64,000 nt of DNA from Selaginella moellendorffii. Taxonomy: Eukaryota > Plantae > Lycopodiophyta. The notes below the pieces were generated by a model, which worked only from the letters and a program-made list of their open reading frames with translations, was not told the origin of the DNA and searched no databases. The stretch spans positions 2,535,048 through 2,599,047 of the forward strand of contig NW_003314270.1 of assembly GCF_000143415.4 (NCBI RefSeq), given 5' to 3'. Positions within the stretch are counted from its first letter, which is position 1; each line of letters starts with the position of its first letter. Positions 24,420 through 37,002 of this stretch are shown here, one piece after another. The translations under genes and the position numbers were made by a program.

Positions 24420-25152
24420 TCGCGAAGAAGCAGCAGCAACGAAAAGAAATCTTCGTAGAAGTAGCAATCTTGGAGAGGAGATGATGATCTTGCTCGCTGT
24501 GGAAACCAGCAGGATCGGTGTCAAAATGTTCTTTCAGCCCATAAGTGCCGCCAGAAGTACGTGGAGAGCTCTTCCGGCACAGAAGACTCTCATCTAAATC
24601 CTCGCTACGAAAGGATCAATGCCGAGAACGCACGAGTCGGAGCCTGGGAGCCCAGTTCGATAGAATTGGATGCCAACGCGGTAAAACTTCTTTGCCAAGG
24701 TGCTGTCAAGCCGCAAGCTTTGGCTCCAGGATGAGCCCGCTTGCTTCGCCGAATCACTCTGCATAAATGATGTGATCATCCAATGGAGCCAAGCGCCCAC
24801 CCCACACGAGTTTCGCTGCGCCAAGAACAACAAAGGAAAAGATGATCAGTGACCAAAGGCGTGATCCGAGTCAAATTGGGGGATCGGGCAGCGCCCACAA
24901 GAGATTTGTGTGCCATTTGCTGGCGATCGATGAGTACCTTGAAAGCGCGGAAAGGATTGCGACGCTGCCACGAACCGCTCTCAAAGGATCATAGCCGCCG
25001 CTCAAGCACAGCCTGCGAGCCCTAACACCATCCCGGCCTTACATTCGCTCGCGCAACGGCCGCGATTGTCGCTGACGTGGCGGTCTCACGGCCGTTGGAC
25101 AGGCCACGTTTGACACGTTCAAAAGGGGCGAATATGCCTAGAACGGATATCC

Positions 25153-27492
25153 TCAGCACGATTCTCGTTTAAAGTTTAGTTTCTTACACGGCGGGAGCTC
25201 CAGCTTGGTGATGCTCGTCGCCGGGCGCTTCCGCGAGCGGCAAAACTTTGCGAGTTTTTCTTCCACGACATTGCCCGAGCTGTTGAATTCGATGCCATAG
25301 CTTCGCATGATCCTGGCGTCGCGAGAAGTTGGGAGCTGCCATGGCCCGTCCCACCAAGCGTGAGGGAGTAGCGGAGTTAGAGCACATTGCGTGGTTTGGT
25401 TCGCGCAGCTTAGCCTTCCACTGAAAGTTCTCCAAGCGTGGCCCCATCCTCGCTGCGAAGAAAGGCCGCGAGTCACTAGAGCCGGATGGAAGCTGCTGTA
25501 GAACATGAAATCCTCTTCTTTTTTCCCGTGCTCGTCGCCTGGAACTGGAAAAGAATCAGTGAGTGGACCACGAAATGGAGAATCTCGATCATCATACCAA
25601 GGGTATTTGCGGCCGCTAATGATGCGAGCAATTGAGCGTAAGTGGTGGCAACTCGTTTGGATCCCCCCGAGACTACTCCATACTTTGCTCTTGATGCCAA
25701 AAAGAAATCGACGAGTGCCACCCAGCGAGGTAACGGACCCCAGTCGTCGACTCGCTTTTTTGGAGGCTGTTCACATTTTCACACGCTTTAGCGAGTGACA
25801 AACATTTCGAAACGCATTCAAGCGCTCTACCTGGAAGTAGTTCTCTTTCATGACGTCGCTCACGTTTGGTGACGAGGCCAGGTATAGTCTATAATCGAAA
25901 TGTATGACCTGGTCCAAGAAAACGATGCTCGAGATCATTATCAAAGATTTGAGAAACTGTTCTAAAATACCTCAGCGAATGCTTCCAAGTTCGTCCTCAT
26001 GTAGTCGACAACGGCAGGAGTGTCTGTCACGATCGCTATTCGAGGAAGTCTGTCTAAGTTGAGCTGGTTTATCAATCTTTTCAGGCAAATACAAGCTGTT
26101 TCAACAGCACGTCTGGACCTGAAAAATGGTCGTGATCAGAAACAAAAAGAATGGAAACAAATTCAAAAGCTAGAACCTGCTGTGTAGCATTCGCAAGTGA
26201 AGAGCTAAGTCGGGATCTCGCCCGCCGCCAAGAGCCCACCGAACTGCGTCAACAATATCCGGCTTTGGTGAGATAAATGCGCGCATGAGCTCTCCGTAGA
26301 GATTCCCACGCGTGGAAGGTGCAAATGAGTCTCCCAGGATCTTTGTCGCAGCGGTTTTCATTTTGAAGTTGATGTTCTTGAGGAAAATCTGTAGAGCGAC
26401 AGCGTCTTGAGCACCATAAAACCTGGACAGGGGATCACGTTAAATGCTGCCATAAGAACCAAATAGTTACCAGATAATTGGCTGTGACCATTCGCTCCAA
26501 TCTCCGCACAGAGAGTTTGTTCCTGACGGCCTTTGGATTAAATCCATTCTCAGCTTGAGAGGCCGTTTATACTTCGTAGCACATTCGTGAATCACCCACA
26601 AGTGTTTCAGTTCTCTCATAGTGAAAGTTTCGCGAGAGAACGAAATGTAATCGCCAAATGGATGGTGTGTCCTCTCGTTTAGTCCTAGATATCCCGGGTT
26701 CTGGGAGCTGCCAGAGATGAAATAGATCAAGCATCCACAGAAGAAAAATGGTTTGAAGCACCTGTCCTCCCCGACGATGAGCGATCGGTTTAGCATCAGA
26801 GCTAGTCCAGCGGCAGTCAAGATCTTGTACATTTCATTACCAAAGCCGTCCTCTTTAGCTCTTCCAAAGATAAAGTTCCTCTTGCAAAAGTCCTCCCCTG
26901 CCAAAGCTCTCACGCGACGAGCGCCTGCAAGCATCTACATACTTTAAGATTTCGCCAGGAAAAGTTCTTAAGCAAAAGAAGAAGAACACAAGCAAATAAA
27001 TTCCATACCATGCTCGGCAAAATACTCCTCGATCATTCCTCTCAGATTTAGATCGACAAGTCTGGTGCTCCTCGCAGTAGCCATCGCACCCATTTCCTCC
27101 ACCGTAGCGCAAGTCCTGGAATTTTTGGGCTGGTCCTCCTCTGGAAAATTCCATTCTTCTCTCTCCTCTTGATCCTCCAGAGAATATCTGTTGCTATCTC
27201 CCTGTTCTAGAGCCTGTCCATCCTCAGAGCGAAGCCCGTGATCCATTTCTTCTATTGTGTCGGTGATGGCCATTCCCTGGCGAAAATCCCCTGTTTCCTC
27301 GAGAAAGAGCCTCTGGCGATGGACGATCTGGCCGTAGAGCGATCCCTGGTGTAACCACGCCGGAATCTTGGCCGAATGGTACCAAATCCAGCAGCCGAGC
27401 GCGATTCCCCAGAAGATAAACCAGCTGCTCCATCGCCGGTGCTCCTTGAGCTTCGATTGCTTGACCCTCGCGCTCGGCGGCGGCGGCGGCAT
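25153..27492 (-). CDS. Type-II membrane, O-fucosyltransferase-like plant protein, multi-exon
   Basis: N-terminal TM helix, GFGNEMYKILTAAGLALMLNRSLI, DPDLALHLRMLHSR, ALVDFFLASRAK and WRTFSGRLSC. Confidence 0.65.
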
Positions 27493-28640
27493 TCCCGATA
27501 TTACACATCATCTCAATCGCAGCGCATTCCTCAAGCGCATCGCCGCCATGGTCGACCTAGATCTTCGTCTCCATCCGGCCCTGTCGATCAAGCGCTTACC
27601 CGGGAGATTCTCTCCGGGCGTGCGCAATACAAGTATCAAATCATCGTGTTTGCCTGTTTTCGTTCTTTATCTTTTCTTTACAGGGACGATGACAATGGTG
27701 TGTATAAAGGCCATAGGTACCAAGGCTTTCTTGGCGTGTGTAGAAAAGACAAGTATCTTAATGTCCAATGACAGCGCAGTGCCAGTCAAATATTTACTTT
27801 AAACCTTGGTAAAGGTAATTAGAATTGCCGCCCAAATTCGAATTTAGGGTTTAGGTCACTCAACTCCACCATGAGCTGCTCGCGATGCTTTGGCGGGGCA
27901 GCTCTGGCGACGGCGAATTCGAGCGCGCGATCGGCTTCTACAACCGAGGATTCCTGCGCCAGCGCCTCCAGCATCTCATCGGCCGTCGAATCCTTCGCCG
28001 AGGTCTCGTCCTGCGGCGCCAAGAACCGGCGCCGGGACTCGCTCTTGAGGGATTCAGACGTGGAAGCGTCATCGCAGGGTCCTAGGCGCACGAGAATGCG
28101 ATTATCGGGCACGGTTAGTCGCAATCGATATTTCGCTTCGTTTCTGATCGCAGGGTCTGACAGAGCGCAAGAAATTCCAGCGCGAGAGCGGTTTCGATCC
28201 AGGCCGACGGCGGAGGAGCCTACATTCCCCCGCCGCTTCCGAAGAACAACGATCTTGAGGAATGACGTGACCGCTACCAGGTGAGATTTTCGTCCGATTC
28301 CTCTAGCGTTCTTGGCTCACAGCTCTCACATTCCAGGAACGCGTCTCTAATTTCTCTTTTGCGTGTTGTAGTTCCATTTGATCTTTGACCAAATATTTTT
28401 TCTTGTGAAACTTCTCCGTTCCTTTCTAGCTCTCCAATCTTGATCCTTTCTCTCCACTTCGCATGGAACTCTCCATGGCACGCCAAGGACAGGAAATCAA
28501 CGGTCTCAAACCTTCCAGATGCCAAACACAAGACATAACACGGGTATGTTTTAGTTCTTTAACGCCTTTTTCTTCTCCTTTTTCTGACCCTTATATATTT
28601 GAGGTTAGGGCCAGGGATCCTTCATTGGTGTCGGCGAGCG

Positions 28641-29527
28641 ATGCGTCTTCCGGGAGGTTTGCATAGATTGGCACTGAGGAAATTGATAGGGCAGCAGCGG
28701 CGATGCTTTGCCTCTCGCATTGTCTCGCCCGCTCGGTGTTTGGTCGATCGGGCGAATTTTTTCCGGCCTGAGACTGGATTGTCCAGGCTTGTTGGGGGCT
28801 TGCTAGGGGCCCCGATCGGCGATGTCAGTGATGCTAGGCAGCAGCAGAGACGAGGGTTTCTGGGTTTTGGTGATGGAGATGAAGACAGGGGGCTTTCCAA
28901 GCACTACGAAGAGAAGCGAGTCATGGGGTACATTTTTCCTGTTCGGTTTTTCTCGCGCTTGGGTTCTAAGTATTTGTCCGCAGGTATGCGCCAGAGCAGC
29001 TGTTCGACGTGGTCGCAGGTGTTGATATGTATGAGGAATTTGTGCCTTGGTGCCAACGGTCCAACGTGATCTGGCAGAAAGGCGGCGAACTTGAAGCAGA
29101 GCTTGAAATAGGATTTCAGTTCTTTGTCGAGAGCTACACCTCGCATGTTCAGCTCACACGGCCCAAACTCATCAAGGTATGCGCGTCTCTTGGGCATGTT
29201 TAGTAACTAACCAGACGTTTATGGACGTAGACATCGGTCTCGAAGAGTGCAATTTTCGAGTACCTGAACAACACATGGGAAATAAGTCCTGGACCTTCTC
29301 CCGCAACATGCAACCTCCACTTTACGGTCGACTTTCAGTTCAGGTCTCCTTTGTACACGAAGGTCTGTTGCTTCATTTAGCTTTTCTTGAACACGAAAGA
29401 GCTGAGTCGATCCTATTGCCAGGTAGCGAACGTATTTTTTGACGAAGTCGTCGCTCGACTTGTTGCTGCGTTTGAAAACCGCTGCTTGAGGGTATACGGC
29501 CCTTCAAAGGTTGTTATGCATGCGTAA
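28641..29527 (+). CDS. COQ10: Coenzyme Q-binding protein COQ10 (START/polyketide cyclase fold), mitochondrial
   Basis: YEEKRVMGYAPEQLFDVVAGVDMYEEFVPWCQRS..AELEIGFQFFVESYTS..FFDEVVARLVAAFENRC. Confidence 0.88.
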
Positions 29528-29907
29528 TCAGGTTTAGGTGGGGTGGGAAGAGGCCCTCCTTTTTTGTTTCCTCTCTTCCATCATTTGTGAAGCACATTGC
29601 TTCGAATCGCATTCCGGGATGTAATCTCACTTACCTTCGCCAAACTGGCTTTCTGGTCTGACTACAATGATTTTCGTGTCCTATCAGGTGAAGAATCCTG
29701 GAAGCAAGCTGTAGAGTTGTCATTTTTTCCGAGGTAGCCAGTTTCTCTTCTGTAGCTTAGTAATCTAATGTTTTCTTTTAGATTTGAAAAACTGTAAGAG
29801 CTTGGAGCGGAAGTGGGATAAACTCCCAAAATGAAGGCTAGTGATGCTTCAGTGATGGAAAGATTAATCATCATAAGACGCTCTCGTGCTAGGGTATTCT
29901 CTTGTAG

Positions 29908-32091
29908 ATGACTGAGCTTCGTTTTGTAGCAAGCTGCCTTCCAAAAAGGACGACAAATGCGGCGCCTCTTGACGGAGAAGTTCTTACCAGGTACTCTAAA
30001 TTGCAAGTGGAAGGGGAAAAGCTGGAGGTCACTTTTCTACTCACCGCATTGAAGTCGTGCAGAAAGCTAAAGGATCTTGAGTTCAGCAAAAGGATTCACA
30101 GGGATGCGGTTGCTAGCGGTGACATCTCCAACGTCTTCGTAGCGAACACACTCCTCGACATGTATGTGAAAAGTGGCAGTCTCGATACTGCTCGCAGTCT
30201 TTTCGAAGGCATGAACCAGCGCAGTGCAGTATCCTGGACAGCAATGATAGTGGGATATACTCAGATTGGTCGACCCGAGCTAGCGTTGGAACTATACGAC
30301 CGCATGCAGAACGAAGGCTGTGAACCGGACCGTGTGACACTCTTGGCTGCACTCAAGGCCTGTGCAGCATTTGCAAAGAAAGAAAAGGGACAGCTCCTAG
30401 ATCAGAAAGTGGTGAGGCTCAAGTGCCTGGCAACGGCCAGCCGTCTTTACTCTCAAGCTTGTCAAGGCGGAGATCAGATGGATACTGCTGTAGGGAACAG
30501 TTTGATTGACTTGTTCGCCAAGTGTGGGAGCTTGGAGGACGCTCGCAGGCAGTTCGAGAGCATGCCGAAGCGAAATGTGGTCTCGTGGAACTGCATCATT
30601 CTTGGCTATGCTTTAGGCGGGGAAGGCAGGATAGCGCTGGAGTTCTTCGCACGTATGCAGGAACAGGGGTACCAGCCGAGCGATGTCACATTTCTGGCTG
30701 CTCTCAAGGCTTGTTCTAGCATGGCTGACAAAGAAGAAGGCAAGCTGGTGGAAGGGAAAATCTTGAAGGTGACAAGCTTGGATAGAGGAAGATTGATCCA
30801 CTTTCAGGCACTTCGAAACGTGGGCAGTCTGGGTCTCGCGCTAGGCACAAGTTTCGTTGACGTGTTTGCGAAGTGCGGGAGCATGGTGGAGGCTAGAAAA
30901 ATTTTCGAGGAGCTCCAGACTCGAAGTATGGTTTCTTGGACTGCCATGATGCTGGGATACGTACAAAATGGAGAGCCCGACACGGCTTTGAGGCTATTTG
31001 CCAGGATGTGGGACGAGAGATGCGCTCCCGATGCTCTCGCGTTCGTAGCTGCTCTCAAGGCGTGTGCTAGCTTGGCAGAGACAGAAGAAGCAAAGCTTGT
31101 TGGAGGAAGGCTCGTTAAGTCCGTGGCACTGGAACGGGGAAGGGCCATTCATTCTCAGGCTGCTGGAGCCGGGCTTGTGGATCTCGTGGTGGCGAACACC
31201 CTGATCGACATGTACGCCAAGTGTGGAAGCATCTGGGACGCTCGGCATGTCTTTGAAGCCATGAAGAAGCGCAGCGCAGTGTCCTGGAACTGCATTCTCA
31301 TGGGGTGCGTCCACAATGGCGAGGCCGAGTTAGCTCTCGAGCTCTATCGACGCATGCAGCGGCAGCAAAGCTCGTCATCGTCTCCACCACCAGACGCCGT
31401 AACGTTCGTCGCGGCACTGAAGGCCTGTGCGACGCTGGCAGCTCTGGAAGTCGGGAAACAGATCGAAGCCGAGATTTGCAACGCGGGTTTGGAGTGCGAG
31501 CTGATGGTGGCGAACTCTCTCGTCGATCTCTACGGGAAGAGCGGTGCGATGGGCGAAGCCGAGCGGGTGTTCAGCTCGGTTCCCAGGAAGGATGTGGTGA
31601 CTTGGAGCTGCTTGATCGCGGGATACAGCTCCAGGGGCGACGCGCTGCTCGTGTTTGAGCTGTTCGAGCGTATGCAAGTGGAAGACAAGCTCCAACCCGA
31701 CGGTATCACTTTCCTCTCGCTTCTAACGTCGTGTGCCGCGGCAGGACTCGCTTCCAGAGCCAAGGAGTACTTCGTCTCCATGCAAGCGGTGTATGGCATC
31801 ACTCCCTCGATCGAGCACTACAACTGCGTGGTGGATCTCTTGGGCCGGGTGGGGCAGCTCCAGGACGCAGTGGAAATCGCGAGGAGCATGCCGTATGATC
31901 CAGGTGCTGTGGTCTGGATGGCGCTCCTCGACGCCGCCGAGAAGTGGAGTGATCCGGAAGTGGGAAGAACAGCGTACGAGTTCTTGGTGGAAAGAGGAAG
32001 ATCATCCAAAGCGGCGGGAGCAGCGTCCGCGATAATGGCCAAAATCCAAGCTCACGCCGGGAAGCTTTCAAAAGATTCCTTTTTAAAATAA
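29908..32091 (+). CDS. Intronless PLS-class PPR protein with a degenerate E-like C-terminus and no DYW domain
   Basis: Repeated P-L-S triplets (VSWTAMIVGY / VTFLAALKAC / VANTLIDMYAKCG) and EHYNCVVDLLGRVG..WMALL; no HSE or CxxC deaminase motif. Confidence 0.92.
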   Translation: MTELRFVASCLPKRTTNAAPLDGEVLTRYSKLQVEGEKLEVTFLLTALKSCRKLKDLEFSKRIHRDAVASGDISNVFVANTLLDMYVKSGSLDTARSLFEGMNQRSAVSWTAMIVGYTQIGRPELALELYDRMQNEGCEPDRVTLLAALKACAAFAKKEKGQLLDQKVVRLKCLATASRLYSQACQGGDQMDTAVGNSLIDLFAKCGSLEDARRQFESMPKRNVVSWNCIILGYALGGEGRIALEFFARMQEQGYQPSDVTFLAALKACSSMADKEEGKLVEGKILKVTSLDRGRLIHFQALRNVGSLGLALGTSFVDVFAKCGSMVEARKIFEELQTRSMVSWTAMMLGYVQNGEPDTALRLFARMWDERCAPDALAFVAALKACASLAETEEAKLVGGRLVKSVALERGRAIHSQAAGAGLVDLVVANTLIDMYAKCGSIWDARHVFEAMKKRSAVSWNCILMGCVHNGEAELALELYRRMQRQQSSSSSPPPDAVTFVAALKACATLAALEVGKQIEAEICNAGLECELMVANSLVDLYGKSGAMGEAERVFSSVPRKDVVTWSCLIAGYSSRGDALLVFELFERMQVEDKLQPDGITFLSLLTSCAAAGLASRAKEYFVSMQAVYGITPSIEHYNCVVDLLGRVGQLQDAVEIARSMPYDPGAVVWMALLDAAEKWSDPEVGRTAYEFLVERGRSSKAAGAASAIMAKIQAHAGKLSKDSFLK

Positions 32092-32501
32092 CGTATATTC
32101 GTTGAGCGCGAATTTGTGGTGCTTGGTTCGAGTCCCTGGGATGGACTAACTAGGTCACGTCGGCATTCAATGCAGTAGTATGGCGATGATAAAGAAGGGC
32201 AAGCGAGCGCTGGCGATGGGGGCAGGGTTTCTTTTTGTATTCTTCCTTCCTTCCTCTCTCTGGTGTCCTTTGTTGCCGGCGCGGCGATTGCGAGAGGGAA
32301 CTGGCCGCATTGATGAGCGCCAGGAGCTGCTCCAATCTGGTGGTGCGGCAGTGATGGCGCCCTCGTGCATTCTCATTCTCTTCTTCTACCTTGAGCTCTC
32401 ATTCAATGGAACGGGGGTGTTGAAAGATTTGGCTTTTTTGGTTTCTTCTTGGTTCGATCGATTGCTGCCGCTGCCGCGCCCCACAAGATTTGCAAGCGAG
32501 G

Positions 32502-34544
32502 ATGAAAGGGATGATGGCATTGCCGTGGACGAGGAGACGGCGGCACCAGCGGCTCGTGAGCGAGATCGGTGTCGGCGCTGATTCTTCTCCCGAGGTTTGT
32601 AACCAGGCAAAATATTTCGTGGGCTTTGAGAGTTTTCTTGCCAGAATTTCGATGACAAGGAGCTAGAGCTCGTCTCGTGGCTTAAGATACGCGGTGAGCA
32701 CGACGCATGCTCGTTGCTCAAGACAGGCCCTGATAAAAGGTATAGCTTGAGATTGGTTTGTTTAGTACTTAGCCTTCTCTTGGCCCAGGGGATTGTTTGC
32801 CGTGCGAGATATCAAGGCTGGCGAGTGCATTCTCAGAGTTTCTCGCGACACGGTATGATGCTCGTGTGTTTCTTTAATTTTGTGAGCAACAGCGTTTTCG
32901 TTCCCAGATGATGACTGCAGATAGATTGCCTCTGGAATTCCAGCAGCTGCTTTCAAGTGGAGTGAGTGAATGGGCGCAGTTAGCTCTTTTGCTTCTTTTC
33001 GAGAAACGAGCAGGAGAGGTAGATCAAATCTATGTGAACTTTTTTGACTGACTAGTGTCCTTTCCAGGCTTCCATATGGGCTCCTTACATTTCTTGCTTG
33101 CCAAGGTGGGGCACGATCCACAGCACGGTGAGTTCCCACTATTAATTCTCGGTTTCTCAGATTTTGCGGTGCAGGCGTTTTGGAGAAAAGAAGAGCTCAC
33201 AATGATACAGGAGAGTTCTTTGAGCTATGAAACTATGAGCAGAAGAGCAGCAATCAGAGAGGAGTTCAATGAAATGCAGTCGGTTAGTCTGATTTTCCTG
33301 CAAGTAGCTTACATATGTGACTGCAGGTACTGTAGATCTTTCAACGGTATGAGCATGTATTTGGAGGTACTGTGTCGTATGCAAGTTTCAAGCATGCTTA
33401 TGTAACAGGTGAAATATATCCTATATCATGTCATTTTCCCGTGTTCCTAATCAAGCTACAGTGTGCTCGCGCGCATGGCGCATTGATGGCCTTGAGAAGC
33501 TAGCAATGGTAACACCTTGGCCTTTGTATTTAACTTGTCTGAGTCTATGCTCTTACAGGTTCCCTTTGCTGATTTTATGAATCACGACTGGAGCTCGAAC
33601 GCGATGCTTACATATGACACTGATAATGGCTCTACCGAGGTAGAAGAAGTGAAAGTTTATTCCGACTGTCTCTACATCGCCTTGTTTTGTGCTCAGCTCT
33701 TCGCAGATAAAAACTATGCTGCCGGTGAGCAAGTAAGTATCGGCTGGCTTTCCTTTCTAAAGCTGATTGAAGAGTTGGTCAGGTAACCATAAGTTTTGGA
33801 CCATTATGCAACGCATCCCTTGCACTGGACTTTGGATTTACTGTACCATACAATCCGTGGGACAAGGTTAGCGTTGTTGAGTTTACAGCCTCACTTATTT
33901 TGGCTCGTAAACAGGTACAACTATGGCTTGGCATCTCTCGAAGGGACAGCCTTCGGAAAGAAAAATTGCAGTACCTGCATTCTCATGAGATGCTGACATT
34001 GACGAACCCTGATGGCTCTGATAGTGGTGGCATGAGCTTCACATTGAGGTAAGGCTTTCAACTTTTAACTTGTCCTGAGTTGAGACTGCTACAGGGAAGT
34101 TTGTGACTCGGCAGGTAATGGAAGGGAACTCCCTGGGCCTCTTTTTACAATGGCACGGGTAGTATGTGCTACGTCAAGCGAAGGTACTCAAGCTGTTGTC
34201 ACAACACTCGTCCTGAATCTGTTAATGTGTCTGCAGCTCTACTCAGCTGTGATAAGAAACAAGATGAACTCAAGGAAACTGACGCTCTTGCGCTAATATT
34301 AACTTGCGTGGAGACTCGAATTCAGCAGCATTTTGAGGCTATCCTGGTCTGGTGCTCTTATTGTTTTGCAGTGTAACTGACTTTTAGTGCTTCCTTTCAG
34401 GCCTTGCAGAACTGCAGGTCGCAAGCACCGGCAGAAAGCACCACTTTACTCTGCGTAGAAATGGCTGAGGCTATCCTTGGAGGAGAGCTGAGAGTACTGC
34501 GCTCTGTGAGTGCGTGGCTTAAGCGCCAGTGCGTTGTGGCATGA
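32502..34544 (+). CDS. Rubisco-LSMT/SETD3-like SET-domain methyltransferase, multi-exon
   Basis: GLFAVRDIKAGECIL, WAQLALLLLFEK, WAPYISCLP, VPFADFMNH, LALDFGF; start inferred by splicing from about 32594 to 32645. Confidence 0.8.
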
Positions 34545-34804
34545 CGGGAAATTCACTCGTTTTTTCATTGCTTGTCCGGGGGACCAGATCTGAGCTGTAT
34601 TAAGGTACAGTGAAGAGCAAAAGCAGCAATGTGCTGACGAATATCATTCCTCCTGGACTTAAACTTTGGTTTTGCAGTACACAATGGTGGATTGTAGCTC
34701 TGAGCTTATCTATACGCCAATACTATGGTTATTAAGAATTATTTTGTGGAGGGACTTATTGTTCATGAAATCGTGAATTATTTTGCATCTTGTCAGCTGC
34801 CTCC

Positions 34805-37002
34805 TCAGTGCTTCTTTTTCAGAAACTTTGCGTACCACTTTGCTGATTTCTTTGGGATCCGCTTCAGGCTGTTATCTAGCTCAACATGGATGATCCCAAA
34901 GCGCACATTATAACCCGAGCCCCATTCCCAGCTGTCCAGAAAACTCCACAGGAAGTAAGCTTGGACTCTACAGCCATCTCTGCCAACAAAAAGCTGGAAG
35001 GTAAGCTTCGGATCTTTTTAGTTCAGAGTCTCACCTTATTGATGCTGCAAGATTTGACAGGTACGTCTTGTAATAGTTAATCCTGGGCTGATCATCCAGC
35101 TGTTGGGCCAACGGACTGGAACTGTTGGTAGTATCACTGATCCCTGTGAATAAAGAGAAACAAGCTTGCTTCTACTGCATCAGCTCGCCAGGTACGTACC
35201 ATTTTCAGTGATATAGATTATTGGATTGCGGTACTTATCCTTGATGTAATTCATCAGCCTCCTGATCCCGTACGGTACGACGTAGAAGCCATTGATATTC
35301 CTCCCGATCAACACGCCCTTCTTCTTGTCTGCGAGAAGACGAACGAGAGAGCTGGAATGAGAGGAATCCATTTCTAGGCCCACCTAGGAACGCAAAGTCG
35401 ACGTCCTTGTAGTAAGCCGGGTGGTAGATGGCTTGGCGCTGATTGAGGAGGTTTCCCTGGACAAAGGTACGGTTTGGATTGTCTTTCACGTAGAGGCTGA
35501 AGTAGTGATTGATGCCAATGAAATCAGAGGTGCCTTGGAGCCATTTCTTCTCCTCGGCTGTGAATTTTGGGAGCCTGCTTCCAACGTTTGCGACCAACGC
35601 TGGTGGATACTCCCCATACGTGACGGGATGGAGCATCCTGGACGCGAACAGAGTAAAGTTTTTTCGTAAGTTTATAGAGATCAGGGTTCTTACCATCCGA
35701 GATTGAACTGCCGAGCTCTTTCGGCGGCAGCTTTGTCTTGCTTGGAGTTTGAAACAGGTTCGTACCACAATGTGTCGAGCGTGAGACCGATCGTCCCTTT
35801 CTGACTAGCCTGCGATTGTTTTCGTCAAGTTGAGGTAATCTTTTAAGACTTTTTAATTTTTCTGGTGTACCTTGTATCTTTTGGTGTAGATCTCGATCGC
35901 TTTCGCATGGGCGAGGAGTAAATGGTGGCCTACGACGTATGGCTCCATGGACGAGTCTCCTCCCGTGCAGTTTCCGATCTCGGGCGAGCATCTTCCCGGC
36001 GCAAACACGCCAATGTTGTAGCCAATGACTGCGAAAATGTGGGGCTCGTTGAGCGTGATCCAGTTCTTCACTCTGTCCCCGAATGCTTTGAAGCAAGCCT
36101 CCACGAAAACTCCAAAGTCGTCCCTGGCGTGTCATGGTATGTTTTGCAAGAGCTCATGGTTGGATTTACTAACTTACACAATCTTGGAGCTCAAGAATCC
36201 TCCATAGGATTTCTCCAGAGCATAGGGGATGTCCCAGTGGAAGAGCGTCACGTATGGCTTCAAGCCTGGATCCGCGAGGCAAGCACTTCAAAATACGTGC
36301 AAGCGATCGTGCCATGCAAACCTTTGGCAAGGAGTGTATCGATGACATCGTTGTAATGACTGATTGCCTTTGGATTAACACTGCCAGTGCCATCTGCAGC
36401 ACAAGCAAGGAAAACGTGGTAGCTCATCTCGAGCTAGCTAGACATCAAAACAATCTCATACCGGGAAGCATGCGAGGCCAATCAATCGACAGCCTGTACG
36501 CATCCGCGCCAAGGCCATCCAGTATCGAGAAGTCCTCCTGCAAGCATTCTCCGACTTTCAGGTCGATGGATTCAAGCGATAAGATGAAGAGCAGTGAATC
36601 AAGCGAAAACTCAACCTTGTAGCGATGATACTGATCAATCGCGGGATCTGCTGTGCTGCCATCTGCGATCTTGCCTGCACCAAGAAAACAACTGTGACTT
36701 TTCCCGCGAGGAATTTGGCAGATTGTACCAGGGATCTGTGAATAAACGTCCCAGTTGCTGGGCTTCCTTCCATCTTCCTTGGTTGCGCCTTCAACCTGGA
36801 TCAGGCCAGCGCAGCGGCGTTAGTATGGAGCGGAGTGCCGATCTCTCGCCACCTGATAAGAAGCTGATGCGGCGCCAAACACAAATCCCTTTGGAAAGCT
36901 GTATCTGCTCAGCACATCTTGCATGTCCTGGGAGGAATCTGCATTGCTGCAAATGCAAAGCCACAGGACCAGAAACAGCACAGCTAGAGGCCTTGGATCC
37001 AT
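34805..37002 (-). CDS. Glycoside hydrolase family 1 beta-glucosidase, secreted, multi-exon
   Basis: Signal peptide, [15 protein letters not shown], acid/base WITLNEP, nucleophile [13 protein letters not shown] and PKKSAKWY. Confidence 0.93.

Noticed and set aside
32100-32146. B-box-like GGTTCGAGTCC suggesting a tRNA gene
   Set aside because: No A-box, acceptor stem or cloverleaf could be built around it
32150-32581. Short ORFs on both strands between the PLS-PPR and LSMT-like genes
   Set aside because: No recognisable motifs, and the 3' part overlaps the first exon of the LSMT-like gene in another frame
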